DNA of 63,180 bases, filler included, from Kipferlia bialata (lineage: Eukaryota): assembly GCA_003568945.1 (NCBI GenBank). It is 6 parts of 6 records of this genome, joined end to end, with 100 filler letters (N's around TTAATTAATTAA, not from the genome) between each part and the next. Parts side by side here need not be neighbours in the genome. Positions count along the whole stretch, not along the records: positions 1 to 15,241 come from BDIP01000723.1; 5 more parts are not named here. One strand, 5' to 3'. Shown here piece after piece: positions 1 through 12,157 of this stretch; the stretch's first letter is position 1; each line of letters opens with the position of its first letter. A program made the position numbers and the translations under genes. The notes under the pieces are model-generated. The model was not told the DNA's origin. It was given only the letters and a program-made list of their open reading frames with translations, and did no database searches.

Positions 1-306
1 GATTAGTGGGGCTGGGGATGAGAGATAGATCTAGCGAGTTATAGATGGGGGCTAGGGCGGACTCAATTTAATGAATTCCCTTTATACTAGTATCCAGGAG
101 GAGCAATAGATTCTTTATACTAGTATACAGTAGGCCTATTAAGCTTACTCCTCAAGCTCTCCTAATTATTAATAGATTTAGGCTAAATCCGATCCTAGAT
201 CGAATAGCTAAATGCTAAAGTCGCACACAGGCATATATGATGATACCATTGCAATATTCTATTACCTGCTGTGTGTCTGGCCGCCTACGGACGAGAGTTA
301 ACGTGA

Positions 307-2273
307 ATGGCTCCGAAAGATATGCTCGCAAGGGCTCAGGTAGTAACACTCAGCTATCCACATATATAGGTAGTATACTATCTAATTCTCTTTTTGTGTA
401 CATAAGCAGAAGTGTTTCTGTATGTCGTATAGGGATCTAGTCACACTATTGCAGATCTCATATATGTAGTCGCTACATGATTTATTCTGCCAACTTTCTA
501 TCTCACTTCAGGGTTTGATGGATGACCTGGAGAACTATGATAGGTATTCATTCCCCCCGACAGCCGCCCAAAAGAAGAGGCATATTGAGTCGTTGGTGCA
601 GGGAATACAGGTATGATTCTGGTGCCCGTCACTGTGTTTCTCTTCCTTCCTCTCTCATTTTTAAGGCCACTCTTGACAAGGCTGGGGCTGATATGGAGCC
701 AGAGAACAAAGGGTGGTACTACACACTGCTTGGATCCTGCCTCTACCACGTAGAAAGGGTAGAACTAGCCGTGGCGTGTCTCCTGAAGGCAGTCAAGCTA
801 CTGCCCTCTTCTGTACCTGCTTGGCATTGGTTGGGAAAGAGCTACATGATGAGTGGACAGTGGACCTCCGCCGAAGTTGCTCTCTCCAGGTACCAAGGAG
901 ACTTTGTGTGAGGAGATAACGATTCACTCCCCCAGCTCCTACCTCACTCTTATCACAGAGCAAAACAAGCAGCTCTATCGGGTAACCGTTCAATGAACCC
1001 GACGTTGCTCAGACAGTGTCTCTGCACTCTGTCATATCTCTTCAGGTATCACACCTAGTATTTGCTGTGAGAACTCTTCATTATGATGCAATTCACAGAT
1101 AGGACGCGACCCTCGAGCACTGTCAACCTGACGAGGGCTGTAGGATACGCCAGGAGTGCGGTTGAGTGTGAAATGGACTCTCCAGAGGCTTGGGAGAACC
1201 TAGGTGTATCGCTGCTCAAGAGGGCTCTTCTACACCCTTCCTCAGCCATGCCAGGTATGTTAGCATATGGAGGGAGTTCACATACACAGTTACATAGAAA
1301 CATAAACATATTCATTTATTCATCCCTCAAGAAGGTATTTTTGTTCTGTCTTTCTCTCCATCGTCATTGAGTGGTTCTAAGTCCCACAAACCTAACAGCA
1401 GGGGACATCATCGGGGCCAGGGTAGCCCTTCGCAATGCGATTGAGCGTACGGGAGAGAGAAATTGTCCAGATGCCTGGTGTAATTTAGGAGCTCTAGAGG
1501 AATTGCTGTTAGAGTTCCAATCTGCATATGATGCATACAAAACGGTATGTTTTCAGAGCATCTGTCTTGGGTACCAATGATTTTTCGTTCTTGTTGTACT
1601 CACCAACACAGGCGTTTGAACAGGATCCGACTCTGGAAAGGGCAAGAGTAGGGGCCAGAAGCATCAGGGATACTCTATTTGAGGTGGGTAGTGTATTGAC
1701 ACACTGGTCGCATATTATGGAGTATGTAAAAGTATGCAACGTGTATTATTCCACCTCCCATTCTTGACACGTGCAAGGTGGGTCAATGGGTAATACCCTG
1801 AGGAGGCTATATATTGAGTGGGACAACTCCTTGACATCCAGGCCAATAGGATTGCCCAAAGAGCATATGAACATCTTCAGGGTCGGAGGCGCTCTGCAAT
1901 GCCCCATCCCTCAGGCTTGATTGAGCAGTACACTTCTGGCCCATCAGGGGAGGAGAAAACCGTGACCCTTAGGGTCGTGCAGGTTGTGGCAGGACCTCCC
2001 ACTGTCCCTACAGTATGTGTAGTGTCTACCCCCCAGCGCAGTGTGGGTATACTGTGTTTGGTACAGAGTCCCCCGACCCTGGCTAGCGGGGTACAGATCA
2101 AAGTGCGCGGCCCCACTGTGAGTACTCTGTCATTTGGTGCTGGAGCGGAATCTATTCATTTGCTGGTGTTCGGGGTGAAGGAGAGTCCACTCTCGTGTAT
2201 GACGGTCAGCGGACGTCGCATCACAGGAGAGTTACTGGGACCTGGTATTATGAAAGATAGCCTCAAAGTCTGA
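307..2273 (+). CDS. TTC5: Tetratricopeptide repeat protein 5-like (TPR repeats plus C-terminal OB-like domain), multi-exon
   Basis: Spliced reading MAPKDMLARAQ|GLMDDLENYDRYSF...|ATLDKA...LLKAVKLLPSSVPAWHWLGKSY...SAVECEMDSPEAWENLG...CPDAWCNLGALEELLLEFQSAYDAYKT|AFEQDP...TVTLRVVQVV parallels remembered TTC5 motifs (LSKAVKLEP..AWNQLG; NPDLHLNRA..AALDP). GT-AG introns; stop 2271-2273. Confidence 0.75.
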
Positions 2274-2716
2274 GGAAAACGGCGAGTATACCTCTATGAC
2301 TTCTTGTTACTACTCCAGTATGTTTGTGACGTGGAGAGGAGCCCTAACTTGCTAAGTTCACTTCTCTCTGAACTTGACCCTTTCATTTTAATATTGCATT
2401 TTTGTATACTAGTGCCATTCAAAACACCGGGTTGGTTCAAAAGTCCCCACCTACTAGGCACCTCACCCCACCGCCTAGTAGTATTGGGGTTGTTGTATTC
2501 CTCAACTGCCTGTTACCAGTAAAGTTGTTCAGCGTTATCAAATCTACAAATACAGTCTAAATGGAAAAGTGCTAAGTCTAGAATGTGTAAAATCGACAGT
2601 ATAAGGCCTCTAAAACTGAGTTTTCCAGAATCCTGTCAGTCCTGGATCAAAAGCTCATAAGAATGATCTTTCTTGGAGCCAATCCAGGCCCTGGGAACTT
2701 TCAGAGACGTTCAGGG

Positions 2717-5700
2717 ATGTCGATTCAGGAGGGACCGACGACCACTCGGCGTGTGGATTCCAGAGTGATCGATCTGATCAGGAACTGCGTGAGAACCCGT
2801 CACAGGAGTGTATTTGTCGTTCTGGGTGAGGAGGGGAAGCAGATGATCGTTAAGCTGCACTACTTCCTCTCCAGAGAGCGTATTAAGAGGAGACCCACAG
2901 TGCTTTGGTGCTATCAGAATGAGCTTGGCTTCGTATCTGCCTACAAGAAGCGTCTGAGAAAGATGCGTAAGGCCGTAGGGAAGGCCAACTTTGATGAGGG
3001 AGCCGACTCATTCCATCTATTCCTCACCAGCACAGATATTCGGTTCTGTTACTACAAGGAGACGGCGTCTGTCCTTGGACAGACCTATGGAATGTGTGTT
3101 CTCCAAGACCTCCACTCCCTGTCCCCGTCATCTCTCTGCAGGGCAGTTGAGACTGTGGAAGGCGGTGGTGTGGTGGTACTTCTTGCAGAGGATGCCAATT
3201 CTCTTTCTGAGCTGCAGCAGCTGACTCTCTCTGCCCATTCCCGTCTTGCACCATCCACTGGATCTAGTAGTGCTGAGCACAGGTAGCAATATCTGAACTT
3301 AGATTCGAATCGTTGCCTCAATTTATTGTATCTTACATTCTAGGTATATGTCTCGACTGATTCTGGGTCTGGCTCGTTCCCCTGCCTGTCTGACAGTGAA
3401 TGCTCAACTGGATGTCTTGCCAGTCACGAAAGCCGCACTTCAGCCTCTTTCAGAGATGCCCGACTCAGCACCGGCTCCCTCCCTGGAGAAGTTAGCTCAG
3501 AGTGCAGGGAGTGAACAGCTTGCCTCCCTTGTTTCTGTATGTGTGACTGAGGACCAGGGTCATAGTGTACTGAAGATGCTGGAGTGTATATCACACCACA
3601 AGCAGAAGAGTCTGGTGTCCCTGACTGCTGCCAGAGGAAGAGGCAAGAGCGCTGCTCTGGGTCTGTCCTTAGCAGGGGCGATTGCCTATGGATACAGTCA
3701 GGTAGGAAAGATATGGTTCCAAGTCACTGTTATTCTGTTATAACTAGTGCATCAGTCCGTAGATATATATAACGATCGTCGTATTATTGTTTCCCTTGCA
3801 TTCTTCCTGTACTTACGTAACAGGATAGTTATATATCAACAATATATGTGTTAGTGTATATGTTCTTGACCCACAGGTGTGTGTCGTGGCCCCTGATGTA
3901 CGCAATGTCGGCACTGTGTTTGAGTTTGCACTGCGTGGTTTGGCCGCCCTTGGCTACAGTGAGATTACTGACTACGACGTCACACGCACACAGGAGGGGG
4001 ACATTACAGGTGGGCCTACACGTATTGTCTTATTCCGTTACAGTGTATCCTATGTGTATTCCAACCCTCATCAGCAGGGATCACTGCCCACCGTGCCCAC
4101 CGTCAGTCCGTCCTGTACTGTGGTCCCGAGAACCCAGACCTCCTGCGGGGGGCCGAGCTCGTGCTGATTGACGAGGCCGCCTCCATCCCCACCAAGCAGG
4201 TGCGGGCACTGCTGGGCCCCAGACTCACGCTGCTGTCCTCCACTGTGCACGGGTATGAGGGTACCGGACGCAGTCTGGCCCTCAAGCTGATAGCGGATAT
4301 CAAGCGTCGGCCTCAGGATCACTCCTTGACCGAGCTGGTGCTCCATGTGCCCATCCGGTACAATGCCTCGGACCCTGTCGAGTCTGTCGTGAACGATGTT
4401 ATGCTTCTGGAGTGTGAGAAGGCTCTAAAGTCCCTAGGAAGTGCACCTGACCCGAGACAGTGTGAGCTGTACTCCATCTCCAGAGACACCCTGCTGTCCG
4501 GCCACCCTGCCGCCGAGGCCTTCCTCAGGGAGGTCTGGGCACTCTTTGTGTCCTCTCACTACAAGAATAGTCCCGACGACCTTCTCCTTCTCGCTGATTC
4601 CCCTTCTCAACGGCTCTTCGTGCTCCTGGCCCCCATTGATGTCAAGGACCCCCGCCTTGTGCCTCTCGCTGCCATCCAGTGTGGCCTGGAGGGAGGCATC
4701 GCAGAGCAGGCAGCAGGGTCTGCCATCAGCAGGGGGGAGAGACCAGCTGGGGACATGCTTCCTTGGACACTAGCCTCTATGTATAGAGTTCCTGGGTTTG
4801 CCGCTCTGAGGGGTATAAGGACGGTTAGGATTGCTGTTAGACCGGGGCTTCAGGGTATGGGGTACGGAGGCCGGGCCCTCGAGCGTCTACGGGCTTACTA
4901 CAGTGGCGACATACCCGTGACTCCACTGCCAGGACCAGCGGACGAGGGACACTGCCTCGACTTCAAGAGAGGCATGCCCGTACCTGCAAAGAAGCTGCCG
5001 CCCCTGTTACTGCGGTTGCAGGACAGAGAGCCAGAGCAGCTAGACTGGCTTGGTGTGAGCTTTGGTGCCACCGCCAAACTGACATCCTTCTGGAGACAGG
5101 CCGGGTACGTTCCTGTGCATATGCGACTGTCATCTTCTGCCACAACAGGAGAGCACTCTCTGGCTCTGCTCAGACCGATATCTTCAGAAGCACAGCGCCA
5201 TATTACAGTGTTTAGCGCTGACCTGAGGAGGCGGGTGTTTGAGGCTTTGTCTGGACCTCTGCGGTCACTGTCGCTTCCTTTAGCGCTAGAGCTCACAGAG
5301 ACGCAGCAGGACGAGAGACCGACATTGGCTCGGGAGGTCCTGGGCTATATGGTTCCAGCCCTGTCGAGAAGGAGGCTCGAGGCCCATTTCAGCGGGTCTC
5401 TTGATCTATTGAGCGTGGACGACATTCTTCCGCCCCTCTGCCGAATTGCTTTGCTTCATGCACCGATCACCATCACCCCGGCCCAGACAACTGTTCTATT
5501 AGGTATCTATTTTCTCACAATCCTTTATCATTTGATGTGGGTGTCCGACCGTGTAAGGTGCTTCTTTCTCCTATTAACCATAAGGTATCGGAGCTCAGAG
5601 GCGGTCTCTTATGGAGGTTGGGGAGGAGCTTGGGATTCCGGCCTCCCAATGTGGTGCTCTGTTAACCCGTTCCTTGCGCAGGGTGCATGCCTGGATGCGC

Positions 5701-6003
5701 GAGGGGGAGAAGGCAGATGCCGCCGCTGCACTGGGGTTGGAAGAAGCTGGTGCAAGCCAGAAAATGCAAGCCCAGACTCTGGCAAGCAAGGATGAGGTTG
5801 AGATGGAACTTGGGACACATGGTAGGGCCGTTATCGATGGGTTTGAGCGGTATGCCGTTCCAGCTGATATCGGTGCCAGTGTCGCAGAGGGAAGAGAAGG
5901 TGGGACACTCCAAGTCGAGAGACGCTCGGTACCAGACGGTTCCAAGCGTCGTGCCTCTAAGCCTACCAAGGGAAAGAAGGCCTCGAAGCGGCCCAGACAC
6001 TGA
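2717..6003 (+). CDS. NAT10: RNA cytidine acetyltransferase NAT10/Kre33, 5 exons
   Basis: Motifs VLWCY, LGQTYGMCVLQD, ETVEGGG, AARGRGKSAALG (P-loop), IDEAA, STVHGYEGTGRSL, SSHYKNSPDDL, RIAVRPGLQGMGYG. Introns 3283-3343, 3702-3876, ~4037/4043-4077, ~5503-5584. Basic NLS-like C-terminus. Confidence 0.97.
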
Positions 6004-6311
6004 CACTTACACTGACACTGATAGTTGCAGAACGCAGGTCCTGTACCTGGAGAGTGTATCCTTTTCTTTAGGGCGAGGGGTTCTGAATCAATTCAGTTCT
6101 CATCGTACTATTATTAATAGCATGTGAATTCAAGCAAGTGTGGATTGTTGTTTACGAGTTGACTTTCCACCAGTGTTAGAAGAGATGCACCCATTATTTG
6201 TCACATCAATTTTACTGCCCCCTAGATCACATTCGCGTTCATAGCACAACACAACAATAGATAAGAATTCAGGTTGATATCCCAGGTTTAGTCTATTCGG
6301 TGACTGAATTT

Positions 6312-9300
6312 TCAGTCAGATAGTAGCTGGTCCGATAGCTCTTGGTCCGACAGCTCTGCTTCCAGCACTTCCTCATCCATCCCGTCACCATCATCATGAC
6401 TCAACGAGTGCTCAACTTGTAGTCCAAGACTCTCCACCACTTCGGGAGACAGGAACAAACTCATATCGATACCACGCTGTAGCATCCTCCGGGCCTGAGA
6501 GACAGCTCCCTCAATGTCTCCAGTCTGCGTCAGGTGTTCTACAAGCAGCGCAAGAACGTCGCCGGCGTGTACGGCGTCTTCACAGTCTTCTTGGGCGAGA
6601 AGAGCGTCCGCCTCCCGAATGAGTGAGGAAGGGTCAGACACGCTGAGGGCACGGAGACCCAGGAAGGACTCCAGCAGTTCTGCTGACCGTTGCATCTTAG
6701 CCATCTCTTGTGCTGCAGACGGCGCCTTATATCAGTAACAGAAGCATTGGCGGTAGTGACATACTATAACCCGGTATAGACAACTATCGTACCTTGCTGC
6801 GCTTTATCCATCTCAGAGCCTCTCTCTGCGCATCAAGTGCCTTCTCATAACACCGCCAGTCGTCAACCTCGTTCTTGGCACATGAACTGAAAAACCGTGC
6901 GAGCCCCTCCTCCGCCTTAGCCTTCACATAGAACTGTGTGATTCTCTTGAGTAGCTCTGGATCCTCCCTCCAGTCGAGGGTCTGCAGATAGTGGGCGGCC
7001 TGGAGATACACATCTCTAGTACGAGCGACACTGGCGTAATACACCACCTTACTCACATCCCCACTTCTGATTAGAGTCTGCACCGCCGACATCCTATCCC
7101 CGGCCACTGTAAACAGCTTGGCAGCCTGTTGGAAGGATCGCTGCCGCACAAGTAGCCTGGCAATGCGGACAAGAACCTCCTTACGCTCCTTAACTTGTGA
7201 TGGCTGACCCTAGGATAAGAACTAGAATATAGTGTAAATGACAGGAGGAATAATGAGTATAAGGACAAACACACCTTTGCTTTTGGCTTTGGGGGGACAA
7301 GCGTCTCGATCAAAGCATCAGAGAGCACTATGTCTGCTGACTCCACCAGAGACAGGGCCTTCTGTTGCTGGCCCACATGGGCATATGCCAGCACGGCCTC
7401 CGAGGCATGGCCATGACCTGCCAGGAAGTCACCGACCTTAGACAGCACCTGTCGTCTGGTAGGGTCAGTGAGTCGGTCACTGCCAGACCCAACAGACAGC
7501 TGTCTGGCAAGTTGGATCAAAGGAGTCACCAAACCAGCGGACAGAGCAAGTTCCGCAGCCTCACAGACCTGGCCAGTGCGCTGCAGAAGAGTGAGGGCCT
7601 GTTCCAGAGTGGCAGTCTTCTGACCGAGGTAGGCCGCTGCTTCCGACACCAAAGACACAGGAGCCTGTCCCTCCGAGGCCAGGCGGAAAACAAGGTCGTC
7701 CATACCCGCCCTCATCGCAGTGCGGCAGGAGTGGGAGAGCCGACCGGCAGCTGCAAGAATGCGGGCAGCCCTCTCCCAGTGTCTGTCTCTTTCGAGGGCA
7801 AGGGCAGCCTCTAACAGAGCAGGGGAAGACCCATCTCGCTCTGCCTCATCCGCTGCTGCTAGGCTATCAGACTTTCCCACACATCGGACAGCATCTGATA
7901 TGCTGCCCGCAGCTCTATATAGAGGGGCTGCAGCATCGGGGCCCAGCTGGGATTCAGTTGTCTGGGCCACCAGCACTAGTTCAGGGTCTACCTTCTGAAG
8001 AGCACTCCTTGACTCATTGACACCCACGGCAGAGGAGCGGACCCCCAGACTCACCGCTGACCCTGGGACCGATCCAGTATCAGTGGACACTGGTGCGGAC
8101 ACGGCCAGAGAATCTCTCTCTTTAGGACGAATGGAGTGGTCCTGACATATGCGACTTCCCTCGGCGTCGCCAAGGAGATTCAGTCGCTTTGAGGCACAGT
8201 GGAGCACGGTGTCCCGGGTCAGCCTGCCATCCAGGGCCAGGTGTCTGAGAGACTCAGTGTGAAGGCCGCAGTCCAGCAGGGTGTCGGCAGCGTTGGCACC
8301 CAAGTGAGACGGAAAGTCCTGCCTCCCCAAGACCAGCGCAGCCAAACCAAGGGTCTCTGCCGGGTTGGATCGGACAAGCAGGGCCGACGTTGGTGACTCC
8401 AACCGGGCGATACATGTCTCCACAAGTGCTGGTCTATCGTACCGAATGCAGGTGGCAATCAAAGTGCGCCACACCCGGGGAGATGAAATTCCGGCAACCA
8501 TTGCATATGCGGCATCAGTGTCTCCAAGACCAACACATGCTGTGAAGCCCAAGAGAGGATCAAGGGCTGATGGGTCAGTGGCCACTGGTGCTAGTATGGG
8601 GAATGTGACTCTCTCGACCCCGGTGTGTGTAACAATGCTGCCACCTCCGGTAGAATGCAGCGTCGATCCTGCGAGACTGCAGGATGAGTGTGGAAGCTCC
8701 ATGGTCTCTCCTAAAACAGCCGTTGCATCACCCTCTCGGAAACACAAGAGATGTAGATGCTTGGCAGTCCCTCGGACACCAGCACCGTCATCAGTATCAG
8801 CCAGATAGAGGGCATCGACTCCGAGAGGGGCAGACAGGACAACCGCAGCCTCCCTCCCCGGCTCAAAGGCCAACCCATCAACGAATCGGTCGTGAAGATC
8901 AATGGTGGTAACAGCATCCCCCTTACATACAGCCAATATCGGGGACGGGGTGAATATGTCGGTGGCAGGGTGGGTACAGTACAGAGCCACAGCCAGCGTT
9001 CCTTCATCGGACACTGCTGCCTGCACAGGTAAGTAAGGTCCTAACTGGGCCCGTCCACCTCTCAGTGCGACGGAAGAGAGCTGGAGGCTGGCCATAACCT
9101 GAGGGGAACGCCGCCTCATGTTGTACACAAGGACACTTCCGTTGCTCAACGCCACCCCAAGCACAGGCTCACAAGGGGCCGCGCATATACTAATGGCCCT
9201 GCTATCGTCGGGAAGTTCAAACGCCTGTACACCTGACCCCGAGAGAGAACACCTCAGCACAGAACCCTGAGAGAGGGCCACCACCTCCTCTCCGACGATA

Positions 9301-11081
9301 ACGGCTTGATCTACAGGTTCACGCATAGCAAAACGTTCCCCTATCCTGCCGGCACCCTCGAGAACTAGGACTGTGTCAGATCCGTGAACAAGGGCATATC
9401 TCCCGGAGCATGACAGTCCACAAACGCCACACCCGGCAGACAGAACAGCAGGAGTGGAGTGTTTGGAAGAGACGGATGGATCATAGCCGGACCCTGGTCG
9501 AACAGCTACCTACAATCAGGCTGAGACATTGATGAATCATCAATATAATAAATATCCGGCACATTGTCAACACGAAAAGATAGATGACTACATATACGTT
9601 GTTAGAATGAATGAGTGAAGCAATACCTGTGTGTGACCTGCCAGCCTTAGCTCAAGAGCACTTGACACAGCCCCAATGAGAGGCGGAAGGTCCACAGCTG
9701 CAAGGTCGGCAAGTGTGTCCTCGACCCTGGTACCTGTGATTGCAACAGACCTCCCTGTGACTCCTAACCCATCCCTAATACCACAAACGACGCTAAGAGA
9801 AGTGGGGTTGGACTCCATTCCCAATGGATGCTCCTCAGACAACACCCACTGAGTCCTGCATCCTTGACTTCCTATCCCTACATCCCGATCATGGCCGCCA
9901 GAGTCAGAGGACGCACACTCAGTGGCAAAGGCCAGAGACCCAGTCTCTAACAGCACCACCAGGGTTGCAGTATCAGAGTCCCAAGAGACCCCAAGACCCC
10001 GGGCAGGTAGAATGATGGAACACCCAGCCAGAGACGATATATCGGTGACCCTAATTTCTGACCCATGCAGAAATGCCACCCTCTCTGAGCCAGGTAGGGC
10101 GCAAGCCCCCGCCACACAACCTAATGTAAATGATAGGGGGATGTCTAGTGAGAATACTCATTGATGGTACCTGGTGGTAGGTCTAGCTGGTAGGACGTCG
10201 TCTGCAAAGTTTGGGACGATTCATACTGGTGATACGCATCGGCAAGAGCACAGATCACAACATCACCACTCTCACTGAGTGCTACAAGTGTATCTGAGAC
10301 AGGCATATACATCAGGGCTGCTATACGACCAGTCAGTTTGCACAGAGGTCTGTCGAAGGCAATGTCTTCGGGGTTGTGGGCCCCAACGGAGACTAGGAAA
10401 ACAGACCCAGACTGGAACCCAACTATTACATCTACGGGGGACCCATCTCCAGAACCAATGTCACCTGTCCGATAGGCTGACGAGGGGGCCCTCGGTACAA
10501 TGTGGGTGATCTTTGACAAGTGTGAGGCCTGGATATCAGAGCGATGGTTTGGAAAACAAATACTTCACAATACTTCACAATACTCGGTAACCACTCTTCT
10601 GACCCATATACGCATCATGAATACACCACCGGTAATAGGCTGTCTGTACCTGCTGTACAGCCCCAAAATCAATGCGCTTACGACCTTCCCTTCTCTCTTG
10701 CCACACTACCAACGTACCACTGGCGTCACCAGTCACAAGGAGCTGGCCGGCAGACACGAAACTCAAGGCGGTGATGGCACTGGAGTGAAACAAGTGTTCC
10801 TTCGCCTGCCTAAACGGCCAGAGACTCAGAGTACCATCACTCCAACCGATAGCAGCAACACCAAACTTCGGGTGAAAGTCGGCACATAGAGGTGTACTAT
10901 CCCTATGGAGCAAGTAGCTTGTCCGAGATAGTACTCCGCTGTCCTTCTTCTCATAGACACGGACGCTCCCATCGGTTTGGCAGACAAGAAACTTTTGGTG
11001 CTGGTGACTGTAAACAACATCATGGTAATGAACTCCGGGCTCAGTGTGGAAGTGAGAGCTCACCAGGGGTGAGTCACTCAT
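6312..11081 (-). CDS. IFT140: Intraflagellar transport protein 140 (WD40 plus TPR), multi-exon
   Basis: C-terminal AAKLFTVAGDRMSAVQTLIRSGDVSKVVYYASVARTRDVYLQAAHYLQTLDWREDPELLKRITQFYVKA matches the conserved IFT140 segment. N-terminal WD40-like repeats (FHPKFGVAAIGWSDG; LLVTGDASGTLVVW). Start ATG at 11081 is inferred. Confidence 0.92.
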
Positions 11082-11174
11082 AAGACGGGGTTCCACTGCC
11101 CGTCACAGGCAATGTATGTGAATAGACATACACTGAATTTTGGTTGGTACTTTTTATAGGCCTAGTATATTAAG

Positions 11175-11291
11175 CTTTAGCTTACTATACATTAGAATTA
11201 ATAAATCTTAATAACTCACTATACTTTAGCTTACTATATATTAGAATTAATAAATCACACATAAATCACACTGTAGAATTAATAAATCACA
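11175..11291. repeat. Short tandem direct repeat in the IFT140/CWC22 divergent intergenic region
   Basis: ctttagcttactata(c/t)attagaattaataaatc at 11175-11207 and 11224-11256, partial third copy at ~11274-11291. Confidence 0.85.
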
Positions 11292-12157
11292 TTTTAGGTA
11301 ACCCAGAAATACTGCTACTAGTATTCTCCCCACATTTACTAGGCCTAGTATGACAATCCAAAGATATGAGTTTTGGATGGATTTTGGATTTTACTACTTA
11401 GTCGATATAGTATTATAATAATTGAATTGATTTTGTACATCAATCTTGAAGCTAAATAACTACTAGGCCAAGTACTTATTATTTATTCCAACTTCAACAG
11501 ACTCGGCTGAGCCTGACCTACTAGCCGTCTGCGTGGCTGCTTCCGCCTTTCGCCCTGCCGAGGCCCAGACAGCTACATTAGAACCAAATGAAAAAGGGTC
11601 ACTCGAGAGAAGAATAGAAGCCAGGTATAGATCTTCTATTTAATTAATAGAATGATACTCAGTAAATCAGCAAAAACCCAGTGAATTCTTCTGCCTTAGT
11701 TCTTTCCATTTTGCAACAGTAAGCATGAGCAAAGATTATGAACTTCTTGCAAATCGGCGAAGATCAATGTATCGAAAATGAATCTTCTACCTTACTACTG
11801 AGTAGTACACTCGAAGAATAGCCTTTCAAGTTGAGAGAAATGATCTCCAGTAGTACTGCTCCTCTGCCCAGTGATTTGCTCGCCGTGAAAATCATGGAAG
11901 TATACGGATATTGGCCCATATACTAATTTGGAGTGTAACACTTTGACTGCTTTGATGGGACAGTATTACTGTTGTAAGGCTTAATAATATACACTTAGTA
12001 ATATTAGGCCTATTATTATAAATAATAGTAAGGGTTTATTGAATCAATAATTTGATATTGATTAAATAATATTTATCAATAATTGATAAAAAAATATTAA
12101 TTCACGATCACTTGTATAGATATATCAAGGGCCCACTCTATTCTTCTGGAAAGGCAG

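Noticed and set aside
11500..11960. GC-richer patch in the IFT140/CWC22 intergenic region as a possible ncRNA
   Set aside because: I could not identify tRNA, snRNA or snoRNA hallmarks by eye. An Rfam scan would be needed.
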